Source: Mobula hypostoma
Taxonomy: Eukaryota
Reading direction: 5' to 3'
DNA length: 64,000 bases
Assembly (NCBI RefSeq): GCF_963921235.1
Contig: NC_086109.1
Coordinates: 12,834,001-12,898,000 of the forward strand
This document shows, one piece after another, positions 26,801 to 36,084 of the stretch. The notes below the pieces were generated by a model that was not told where the DNA came from, made no database searches, and saw only the letters and a program-made list of their open reading frames with translations. Both the position numbers and the translations under genes were made by a program. Within the stretch, counting starts at the first letter, position 1. Every line of letters starts with the position of its first letter.

Positions 26801-29800
26801 AATTAACTGTTGTACAGTATTTGAAAGTGTATTCAATAAGCTGTTCCTCAGTACAACCCCCAATTAAATGCAATCGTTTGGACAATGTATGTGTAAAATC
26901 ATACTCACATGCAATTCTCCAATTAAAGATCAGGTGTATCTTTTACCAATCTATCACTCACTACATATCACTGGAGAAACTTCCCTGCTCTTATTGGAAA
27001 AGTTGCTGTAGATTAACTTATAGTCTGCTTTGTTGAGATGATCCTGAGATGGGCACCACGGTAGCGTAGAGGTTAGTGTGACGTGATTACTCCTCGGGGT
27101 ATTTTGGAGTTTGGAGTTCAATTCCGGTGAAATTCAGTAAGGAGTCTCTACGTCCTCACCATCGAGTGTGTAGGCTTTCCCGGGGTGTTCTATATCTTTC
27201 CCACAGCCCAAAGACGTACCAGGTATGTTATTTGGTCATTGTAAATTGTCCCATGATTAGGTTAAGGTTAATCACGTTTGTCAGGGTTGCTGGGTCAGCA
27301 TGGCTCAAAGGGCCAGAAGGGCCTACTCTGTGATCTATAAATAAATAAATGAGTAATCTTGTGTCCCTTCAATAGACTTTGTATACCAGTAAAGAGAGCT
27401 GTGAGTACAGTGATCTTCTGTGTGTTATTATCAGATGGGGAAATTGAGTTGATCACTGGAAAATAAAGCCCCTGCAGCCTCATAACTCATTGGCTGAAAA
27501 TTATAACAATTAATAATTCAACTGCTCCCCGTGATGTATTTCCTGGCTTCTCTCTCTCTCCAACAAACCAGACAGTTACTTTCAGCCTTGTATTATCGCC
27601 AAGTCACTGTTTGTTGCATAGATCTGAACAGAAGGAATGCATTCTTTTCCAAAGGAGAAATTCCCTAAAAGTTCAATACCTGAGATACAGGCAGAAAAGT
27701 GCTCGGAATGCTCAGCATGTCAGATGGCAGCTGTGGAGAGAGGAACAGCTGATCCTTCAAGGCAACGGTCTTGCATCAGAACTGGAAAATGTGAGCAATA
27801 ACGAGTCTCGAGGTGCAGAGGAAGCACGGAAGCAAGCACAAAAAAGTGCGATTCTGATAGAGTACAAGACAGAAAAAAACACTAGAAAAGAAGATGTGTG
27901 AGGCAAAAGGTGGGTGGTAATAGGATTAATGAAGAATTAAAGATGAGCGGGCTTTGAAATTTGATATCTTCATTGGTGACATTATCCTCATCAGTAACAG
28001 AGTGTACTGCTCTTGATTTCCCTTGACATTTCTCTTTATATTGTTAACTACTATTAATAAAAAAAATGAGACGGGCTTTGGGAAGTAAAATCTGTTCACA
28101 ACTCAACTTCCACTGTTCTGCTCCTCACTCAGGAGTTTTCCCTGTTTTCTTAAGGTAGTCAGACAGGTAAACTCCAGTCCAGGTGTAGTTGTAGTCTGAA
28201 GGCAGTTCTATTGTCCAGCAACACATTACAGTGAGCCAGGAGCTCAGTAAGCAAAATGACAGTGTTTCTAGATGATCTCACAAGAGATGGATTTAAATAT
28301 TATTATAAATTCATTTGACTCGTAACAAAGTGTTTCTGAATGAAAAAATATACAAATGATTATAAAATGGCTGACCTGATGTCGAAGGTCAATTGCTTAG
28401 AAACACAGTTGTAAGGAATGAAAAACAGCTGCAAACTTACAAGTAAGCACTGATATCTAGTGGCTAGAAATAAAATAGCAAACCATATCGGCGGGGACAT
28501 AACATCCACTAATAGTCTCAGGTCATCAAAACCATTTATTGAGAATGGAACATTCAGATTCTGTATGACCCCAGGGTGAGACAACAGATTAAATTGTTGA
28601 TCTCAGTGTTGAATTTGAAAGGTGGTTTTATGGTCAGTTGGAAAATGAGGTGATTTTTATTTTGGGCAGTTTGTTCCTTCTGTCTGAGGGACAATCTTCC
28701 ACAGAGCCCTGGAGAGATAATGAGAATTTTGTCAGATAATCTGCTCCACCATATTGTGAAGGAGAAATCTGATCTAAAAGCACACACAGACAATGTAGAA
28801 AACGCTTGGTAGATCAGACAGAATTTTTAACAATGAAAAACAATTAAAATGTCAAATCCAAAACCGTCATTACACTGTACAAAGATGGTAAACATTAGTT
28901 TTCAGTAGCAGAGAAGGTGGTGGGGGGGTTGTAAAAGCTATGATCCTTTCTGAACATTGTGTAGTAACCAGAGCAGAGGTTTGCTCTGTGTGGAGAATCA
29001 TTACTGTGTTGCAGCTGGGGTTCCCGTGGTTCTGAGATTCAGTATGGGTGTCATGGTAACCTAGCGGTTCAGGTGAAGCTATTACAGCTCGGGGCGTTCT
29101 GGAGTTTGCAGTTCAATTCCAGAGCTGTTCTGAAAGGAGTCTCTGTATGTCCTCCCTGTGGGATGCATGGATACACTCCGGGTCCTCCAGTGTCCTCCCA
29201 CAGTCCAAAAACGTACCAGGTAGGTGAATTGGTCAATGGAAATTGTCGCATGATTAGGATAGGATTAATCTGGTTTGTCGGGGGTTGTTGGGGTGGCGAA
29301 GCTCAAAGGGCTGCTGGGGCCGACTCTGTGCTGTATCAATCAATCAATAAATACATATTCATGTCTGTGCTCCCCTCATGGAATTTTTAGCAGTAATGTT
29401 GTATTTTCCAGAATCGAAGCACAACACATCTCACGGAGAAGGCAACAATGAAATCCAGGTACGGACATGAAGTATAAAGTGTCTGAATGTTTCAGAATGT
29501 TTAACAATTGGATTACATAGGAGTTTACAGATCATTCATTCCCCCCCCCCCCGCCACCAGTCCATTCCAGTATTATTTTACACAAACCTCTGAACACCGC
29601 TCTCACTGAATCCCATCAGCCTATCTTTCCAGTTATTTGTCCCTTGCTCTCATGCTCATCCAGATTTTCCTTCAGTCTATCCATAATATTTTGCGTGACT
29701 ATTCTTCAAAGTGGCTCCAGGCCTGATTATCATTACCAAATGGTGAAAAGCGAGGTTGGTCCTTTCTCTACTGTTAGAGATCGAGTGTCTAATTGTCTAA

Positions 29801-31899
29801 ATCTGTCTTTGGGTTTAATAATTTACCAGTTTACATTTTGTGTAATCCGTCTGAGTCTCAAACTCTGATGTGAAGTCAGAAAAATAGGCAAGTCTATTCA
29901 GAAGAATAAACTGGGGATGGCACACTGGCATAGCGGTTTGCGTAATGCTGTTACAGCGCCAGCAACCTACATTCACCGTGGCTGCTGTCTGTATGTTCTC
30001 CCCATGACTGTGTGGATCTCATCTGGGTGCGCCCATTTCCTCCCACATACCAAAGTCCGTTACTTTGGTCACATGGGTTTAATTGGGTAGTATGGGTTTG
30101 TTTGGCCAGAATGGCCTGTTACCATGTGGTATATCTAAATAAGTAAATATCTGTTCTGTGCTGACCTCACCCACCCAACTTTCTCACTCTACCCCTCAAT
30201 CCTGACACCAGTATGAATATTCTATTGTCTATTCGGTCTGTTATAAACAACATTTTTTGTGATATTTTCCACAGTTTTCAGAATGTTTGTTTATTATTAT
30301 CTTCTTCATTAAAATCCCAATTGATTTAACTTTGTCCTAATTGAATAATTAGGGTCAATGTTATCAAAGAGATTCAATTGTTCTCTCAACTTCATCAGTT
30401 GCTTTTCACTTTCTCAAAGGTAACTGCAGGGTGGGGATTGTTGAAGGATTCTGCTCTGCCGTACATTTTCCCTTGTTGGCATCACTTCCCCTCCAAGAGC
30501 TGTACCCTCAGAAAACTGTGTGTTCCTCTTGTGCATCCTCCAGTCTCTGAGTCCTACCACCAATGTCAGTAGCTTCAGCTGCCCAAATCCCACATACTAG
30601 ACAAATCCCACAAATCCATGAACTCCTGCAATTCTGTCCTCTTAACTTTTGTTTGTTAGAGATACAGCAGAGTAACCGGTCCTTCCGACCCACGAACCAC
30701 TCAATTACACCCATGTGCTCAATTAACCTGCTACAACAAACCATTTAGACTGTAAACCCTAAAAGTATTGTAATTTACCCAAATAATTCTCAAGTTAACA
30801 TAGAGCATAGAACATAGAATAGTACAGCACATTACAGGCCCTTCAGCCCACAATGTTGTGCCAACCCTCAAACCCTGCCTCCCATATAACCCCCCACCTT
30901 AAATTCCTCCATATACCTGTCTAGTAGTCTCTTAAAATTCACTAGTGTAACTGCCTCCACCACTGACTCAGGCAGTGCATTCCACGCACCAACCACTCTC
31001 TGAGTAAAAAACCTTCTCCAATATCCCCCTTGAACTTCCCACCCCTTACCTTAAAGCCATGTCCTCTTGTATTGAGCAGTGGTGCCCTGGGGAAGAGGCG
31101 CTGGCTATCCACTCTATCTATTCCTCTTATTATCTTGTACACCTCTATCATGTCTCCTGTCATCCCCCTTCTCTCCAAAGAGTAAAAGCCCTAGCTCAAG
31201 TTCATTTTCAACCTCTTCTCTTGCTAAACTCTGTGAAACACCTTCGAGCAGTTTAGTGTGTTGGTGTTGTAAAGCAACATGCTGTTGTTGCCCAGTTAGT
31301 AGTGGGTCCGGACTAAGGATTACAGCCACTGAGTCATAAAATGTTATCAAACATTCTGGAAAATTATATTCTACAAGCTGATTGAATGAATCAGGGTTTA
31401 TTTAAAGAGAGGAAACTGAAGGTGTTCTGGAAGATGTCTGCAAGAGTATCAAATTGTTTTATAGAGTAGTGAATATGTTTCCACTTAAAGTTGAGAATAG
31501 AACTCTAGCTATAAACATAAGATAATTTTTTTTTAAATCCAGCAACTCAAAACCATAGATCAGAAAGCAAGGAGCCTTCTCCCTGCAACCTTTCATGCCT
31601 CACCTTCCACATTCACCAACCAGACAACAGATCTTGGAATTGATTTATCTTCTCAGGAAACGGCCACGTTGGAAGAAAACATCGTTTATGCAGATCTACA
31701 CCATTATCAAAACAATGAGGCAGCTGCCCAGTCGGCTAACAATGAAAATGGAACTGTGTATGCAAACATGAAATTTAAAAGGAAGTCACGAGCAGGACAC
31801 TCTGTTATGGATGAGGACAACGCCACCTATGCAGATATCAAATTTCAAAGCCAACCCACAAAGCCCAGACGGAAAGCTTTCTCTCCTGGTACTCCATAG
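8848..31899 (+). CDS. CD300/pIgR-like (MDIR-type) inhibitory Ig-superfamily receptor gene, spliced, L-V-C2-V-stalk-TM-cytoplasmic, 479 aa predicted
   Basis: Exons 8848-8887, 10214-10534, 11342-11662, 14241-14561, 25616-25670, 26422-26513, 29412-29458 and 31657-31899 all have GT/AG boundaries and matching phases (1,1,1,1,2,1,0). They total 1440 nt with no internal stop. Confidence 0.85.
10214..10534 (+). CDS. Ig V-type domain 1 (CD300/pIgR-like)
   Basis: TIDCHY...KYWC...C...GRVSITDN...FTVTIENLRSGDTGWYSCG, with the extra Cys pair typical of CD300/pIgR V domains. Acceptor CCTCAG at 10213 and donor GTAGGT at 10535; 321 nt. Confidence 0.95.
10640..11290. mobile_element. Tc1-type MITE relics in the V1-C2 intron
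   Basis: TIR ends GTGGCCACTGAGTGTA (~10764-10779) and GTACCTAATAAAGTGGC (~11265-11281). Internal sequence is shared with 480-910. Confidence 0.55.
11342..11662 (+). CDS. Ig C2-type domain 1
   Basis: VSLSCESLQGSLPIQYRWY...YQYYCSASNWLG. Acceptor CCACAG at 11341 and donor GTAAGT at 11663; 321 nt, phase 1/1. Confidence 0.93.
12060..12900 (+). mobile_element. CR1 LINE fragments with a nested antisense SINE piece
   Basis: CR1 ORF2-like segment (SLTSVVEKMWESIIK) and CR1 3' UTR (RTEMRRNFCSQRVLNLWNS). Confidence 0.65.
14241..14561 (+). CDS. Ig V-type domain 2 (duplicate of V1)
   Basis: SGALWAEAKVRGVVGRAVTIDCHY...KYLC...DTGLYRCG. Same 321-nt length and splice context (CCTCAGTTTCAGG / GATG|GTAGGT) as V1. 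The frame is open. Confidence 0.9.
14720..15975 (+). mobile_element. CR1 LINE 3' portion (RT C-terminus and tail)
   Basis: ...ISDLDDNVANWISKFPGDTK... and LLRPKLEYFVQFWSP motifs, ending in a TATGGTC-type tail repeat. Confidence 0.8.
16447..16763 (+). pseudogene. Disabled second Ig C2 exon
   Basis: Paralog of 11342-11662 (VSVSCESVHGSLPIQYSWY...YYCKASN). It has TGA at 16476-16478 where C2-1 has CGA, and a 10-nt deletion/frameshift at ~16641-16651. Acceptor CATAG (16446) and donor GTAAGT (16764) are still present. Confidence 0.9.
19005..19786 (+). pseudogene. L1 ORF1p (coiled coil, RRM, CTD), disrupted
   Basis: Heptad-rich N-terminus, ENRSRRNNLRILGL RRM start and GQKIRIVEDFSPEV CTD, split by a stop/frameshift. 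Confidence 0.88.
20296..23994 (+). pseudogene. L1 ORF2p (APE endonuclease, RT, C-terminal CCHC), multiply disrupted
   Basis: LLSFNVNGLN...LQETH, SDHAPV, YRPISLL, SLDAEKSFD, LYADN and HMFWTCP motifs distributed over several frames. Confidence 0.88.
25616..25670 (+). CDS. Stalk exon (G)SNHFSENTVTKSKTSTQ(R)
   Basis: Acceptor TTTTAACAG and donor GTAAGA; 55 nt, Ser/Thr-rich. Phase 1 in and phase 2 out, exactly matching the TM exon. Confidence 0.8.
26422..26513 (+). CDS. Transmembrane exon HTYMIVLSIIGILLILLVVCLLCYLKRKNR
   Basis: About 21 hydrophobic residues with no charged residue, followed by the KRKNR stop-transfer. Acceptor CCACAG and donor GTAGGT at 26514. Confidence 0.9.
27051..27350 (+). 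mobile_element. tRNA-derived SINE (HE1-like)
   Basis: A-box-like TAGCGTAGAGGTTA, B-box GGAGTTCAATTCC, a central domain shared with 29046-29345 and 29908-30140, and an (ATAA)n tail. Confidence 0.7.
29046..29350 (+). mobile_element. tRNA-derived SINE (HE1-like), second copy
   Basis: B-box GCAGTTCAATTCC, CCCACAGTCCAAAAACGTACCAGGTAGG central motif and (ATCA)n tail. Confidence 0.65.
29412..29458 (+). CDS. Cytoplasmic exon 1 (E)SKHNTSHGEGNNEIQ
   Basis: Acceptor TTTTCCAG and donor GTACGG; 47 nt. Phase 1 in and phase 0 out, bridging the TM exon and the last exon. Confidence 0.75.
30795..31200 (-). mobile_element. CR1 LINE 3' end (antisense)
   Basis: (CATAGAA)n tail. The minus ORF 30942-31178, MERRGMTGDMIEVYKIIRGIDRVD..., is the typical CR1 ORF2 C-terminus. 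Confidence 0.85.
31657..31899 (+). CDS. Terminal cytoplasmic exon with IVYADL, TVYANM and ATYADI tyrosine motifs
   Basis: Acceptor TCTTCTCAG; the ORF ends in TAG at 31897-31899. Motifs lie at 31681-31698, 31753-31770 and 31822-31839. Confidence 0.88.
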   Translation, partial: ETATLEENIVYADLHHYQNNEAAAQSANNENGTVYANMKFKRKSRAGHSVMDEDNATYADIKFQSQPTKPRRKAFSPGTP

Positions 31900-32223
31900 G
31901 ACTCAGAATAAGTTTGACAAAGTCATTATGTGGAGTAAGGCAGAAGATTTACACTCAGAGGCCACTTTATTTGGTACAGTTGTACACTTGCTTGTTAATG
32001 CAAATACCTAATCAACCAAACATATGGCAGGAACTCGATGCATAAGAGCATGCATGTTGGCATGTTGCGCATTGAAAACTATTCTTCTGCACACCACTGT
32101 TGTAACGCATGTTTATTTGAGTTACGCAAACACGAGAAAATCTGCAGATGCTGGAAATTCAAGCATCACACACAAAATGCTAGTGAAACGCAGCAGATCA
32201 GGCAGCTTCTATAGGAAGAGGTA

Positions 32224-32261
32224 CAGTCGACGTTTCGGGCCGAGATCCTTTGTCAGGACTA
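32224..32261 (-). ncRNA. Best-preserved hammerhead ribozyme motif in the window (probably inactive)
   Basis: Minus strand AGTC-CTGACAA-AGGATCTCGGCCC-GAAA-CGTC-GACT. Stem I, the palindromic ACGT stem III and the GUC triplet are present; core G8 is changed to A. Confidence 0.7.
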
Positions 32262-32397
32262 ACTGAAGGAAGAGATTGTAAGAGATTTGAAAGTGGGAGG
32301 GGAAGTGGGAGATCCGAATTGATAGAAGACAGGAGGGAGAGGGATGGAGCTAAGAGCTGGAAAGTTGATTGGCAAAAGGGATACAAGGCTGGAGAAG

Positions 32398-32460
32398 GGA
32401 GAGGATCATGGGATGGGAGGAGAAGATCATGGGATGGGAGGGGAAGATCATGGGATGGGA
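32398..32460. repeat. 21-bp tandem repeat x3 (GGAGAGGATCATGGGATGGGA)
   Basis: Three consecutive units visible directly inside the Penelope-like UTR. Confidence 0.9.
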
Positions 32461-35400
32461 GGAGAGGAGCACCAGAGGGAGATGGAGAGCAGGCAACGAG
32501 TTATAGTGAGAGGGACAGAGGGAGAAAAGAGAGAGAGAGAAAGAAAGGGAAAAAAATAACTAAGGGATGGGATAAGAAGGAGAGGAGGGGCATTAACGGA
32601 AGTTAGAGAAGTCAATGTTCATGCCATCATGTTGGAGGCTACCCAAACGGAATATAAGGTGTTGTTCCTCCAACCTGAGTGTGGCTTCATCTTGACAGTA
32701 GAGGAGGCCATGCATAGACATATCAGAATGGGAATGGGATGTGGAATTAAAATGTGTGGCCACTGAGAGATCCTGCTTTCTCTGGCAGACAGAGCGTAGG
32801 TGTTCAGTGAAACGGTCTTCCAGTCTGCATTGGGTCTCGCCAATATATAGAAGATACTGTCACCTTCCTGTCAGTTTAAACCAGTTTTGTCATTATCCTC
32901 TATTAGACCTCTGTTTATTTACTGATCCTTCGGGTTCGTTCAGGAGACAGGAACGATGAGCAGTCTTAGCTCTAATGATCATTTATTTTAAAGTACAAAT
33001 AAACATACAAATACTAAGCAACACGCACAAAATGCTGGAGTAACTCAGCAGATTAAGCAAAGTAAATGAAGTGTGAGAAATTATGCCTGGAGGTAAATGA
33101 ATGGCAAAAGATGTGAAGTCAAAATGATGGCATCTCTGAAAACTCCATGACCTTTATAGTTAAGATCAGGAAAATCGACAGAAATAAACTAATTAATAGG
33201 CCACATAATTAAAAGGCCACATAATTAAAACAATTACCTCTCGTGGGTAACTTGCTAATACTTAGCCAATGGAAAGTGAGGAAGGTGATAAACCATTAGT
33301 TTAACTGCTATACCGGTTTCTGTCGGGAGTGGGGACGAAATACTACATACTGCGAAAAATACATAAATTTGTTAAAATGTACAAATCTTATAAGAAAAAG
33401 TATTGTTTTTAAAAAGCAGTGGTTTCCAACACCTCTGACCTCTCTCATTAACCAGGCATTGCGCGCACAGAACTGGAATTTTTTTAAAATCACTAATGTC
33501 ACATTTCTTCTCCATTCCTAACTTTGGTCTGAACAACAGCTGAACCCCTTGATCATATGTGCATGCTTTTATGCATTGCGTGGCTGCCACATGACTGGCT
33601 GATTAGGTATTTGCATTAATGAACAGGTGTATTGGTGTACCTAATAAACTGGCCACTGAATCTATCCAAATAATTATTCTCTCAAGCTGATTGTGAGCTG
33701 CTTCTTTCAGACACACCCCTCTTCCAGTTCCCCTTCACAGGCAAGTATAGCCCATTGGCAATGAGTGTCTGAATCCAAATCATCTCTGTGTTATTACCCA
33801 TTACACTACTGGCGTTTCAGGCAGCGATGAAAGTCCTCCATCGCTGGTGGTGTTCAGGGCTTCCTTCATCATGTCAGTAGCCTTCTCTCAGTTTTCACTA
33901 TTGTTAGTCATGCAAATCCCGGGTTGAGACTCCGGAATACTATCACACTCAGATATAGGACAATACTTCATTGCTATTTCCACAGCAGTTTTGTTTTACC
34001 TGTCAGGGTTGTTAGTCCTGAGCTGAACGACTGAACCAGGAGGACTTATAGACTACACTTAGTCTGGCCTCTACTGTTTGACAAGGGTAACCCTACCAAG
34101 AGCCAAAGCATAATGCCTTGACTCCAGTCAATGTAGCTCTCCAGGTCATTCAGGCATACAAGCCTCCAAACCATGACAAGATTGTGATCCTCTTGGAGGC
34201 TAGATCTGGACAAGTCTGGTTCTTCCCATCTACAGAAGGACACACTTAAAATGGACTGAGTACAGCAACATTTACCCAGAAAGATTCTTGGGATTTTGTG
34301 TTTGTTATATAAGGAGAGATTGCTGTATGAGGCTGACTGGAAATCTACTCCCTTAACTGTAGAGGCCAATTCAGTGAAATAAAGAACATAGAATATAAAT
34401 TATATAAGGGTATAACACAGGGACTCACCCTGTCTGTACTGACCATTATTCCAATCTAACTAATCCCATCTGCCTGCACATGTTCCTACCTGTCCATGTG
34501 TCTGTTTAAATACCTTTTCAATGTTGCTATTGTATCTGCTTCCACCACATCCCTTGGTAGACCATTCCATGCACCATTTATACTCCCTGTGTATCAAAAA
34601 AATGTCTCTCACATCCCCTTCAAAGTTTTCTACTGCACACCTTGAATGTAAGTCCTTTGGTATTTTATAATTTTACCCAGGGAATTATGACTATCTCCCC
34701 TGTCTATGCCTGTCATAATTACACACCTTTCCAATAGGTCGCCCCTCATGCTCTGACACTCCAAGTTTGTCCACACTCTCCATATAGCTATTACACTCTA
34801 ATCCAGGCAAAACCATGGTTAACCTCTACTGTACCACCTCCGAAGTCTTCACATTCTTTCTATATTGTGGAGACCAAAACTAAACACAATTACTCTAAAT
34901 GTTGCCAAAGTTTTATACAGTTGCAACATGACTTGCTAACTATCATACTCAATGTTGGCAATCATGCCGTACGCTGCCTTTGCTACCCTGTTCACTTGTA
35001 TTGTTACTTTCGGGAGCTGTGGACTTTCATGCCACAATCCCATTGTCGATCAGTGCTCCAAAGGGTCCTGCCAGTTACTACATAACAGCATTTGACCTCT
35101 CAAAATGCAACACCTCATGATTGTGTGATTTGAAGACTATCTGTCTTTTCTCTGTCCCAAACTCCCAGCTGATCTACAGTGCCTATAAAAAGTATTCACC
35201 CCCCTCTAGAATATTTGCATTTTTTATTATTTTACAACATTGCGAGAACATATGAGAAAGTGAAGAGGGAGGGACCCAGGGGGAGGTGATCGGCAGGTGG
35301 GGAATAGAAGAAAAGGTGAGGAGGAGAAACTGATTTTCATGCCATCAGGTTGGAGGTTAACCAGATGGAAAATAAGCTTTTGCTCCTCCACCCTGAGGAT

Positions 35401-36084
35401 GGCCTCCTCTGATTATACATTGCCATAGGGTGAGACAACAGATGAATGGTGATGTTAAATTGTACTTAATGAAGCCTTCAGGATAAAATCAAGGGAGCCA
35501 TTAAGTGGTCGTCTCCTGTATTAACACATACCTGCTTTTGTATAGTTAAGGGTTCATTGCTCAGCTCTGCAATAAAAGATATATATTTTGGGTGCCTGGT
35601 GTTTATGCTCAGAAGCTCTTGGACCAGCCACTAGTCTATTCAGATGTGCTGATCTCCCATTGTAAATATGCAATTCTGCAAAAGTTACCTGTCTATTTTC
35701 AAAAATTGAAGTCAAATGTTAGGTAACGATAGCTACTAAAATGCATTTAATCACTTATTGTTGTCTTTTTATTGACAAAGTATAAAACATCACGGTACTG
35801 ATGCTTGGAGAGAGCAGAAATAGATTCTCTGGATCTGCTGTGTTGAATAAAGTTCTTTTGTATCTCACATGTTCGGTGTCCATGTGGCATAGTTCAGCAC
35901 TCACAACAATCTCGTAGAGTTACAGAGCAATACAGTGCAGATAAAGGCCTTTCGGCCCAGTCTCTCTATGCCGACCACAGGGCCCCCCAGCTGGTCCCAG
36001 TTCAGGAAGGGAAAGTCTAGTGAACACACACCAGTGCACAGCGAGGGATCGGCAGGGGAAAGGGTGAGCAGTTTCAAGTTCCTC

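Larger units (their letters stand above)
32126..32850 (-). mobile_element. 5'-truncated Penelope-like element (GIY-YIG endonuclease C-terminus plus terminal repeat with hammerhead motif)
   Basis: The minus strand reads YIGETQCRLEDRFTEHLRSV...EEQHLIFRLG..., the PLE GIY-YIG end. The host MITE sequence resumes at ...GATACTGTCACC (32852+). Confidence 0.88.
31952..33662. mobile_element. Tc1/mariner-type non-autonomous element in the receptor 3' UTR
   Basis: Left TIR CACTCAGAGGCCACTTTATTTGGTAC and right TIR GTACCTAATAAACTGGCCACTGAATC, flanked by TA dinucleotides (31950-31951, 33663-33664). Confidence 0.8.

Noticed and set aside
27435-27467. Possible alternative terminal exon (DGEIELITGK* overlapping AATAAA) giving a tail-less receptor
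   Set aside because: Weak polypyrimidine tract, very short, and expected by chance in a 3-kb intron. It would need junction reads.
28100-28800. Minus-strand stretches with Cys/Trp/Tyr that might be a degenerate Ig exon
   Set aside because: No correctly spaced C-W-YxC pattern or splice sites were found.
32398-32460. Short direct repeats as a CRISPR-like array
   Set aside because: There are no spacers or cas genes, and the context is a vertebrate genome.
32250-32606. ORFs with GEDHGMG/DGRGRSW repeats as a novel repeat protein
   Set aside because: They result from a 21-bp tandem repeat in the purine-rich antisense UTR of the Penelope fragment.
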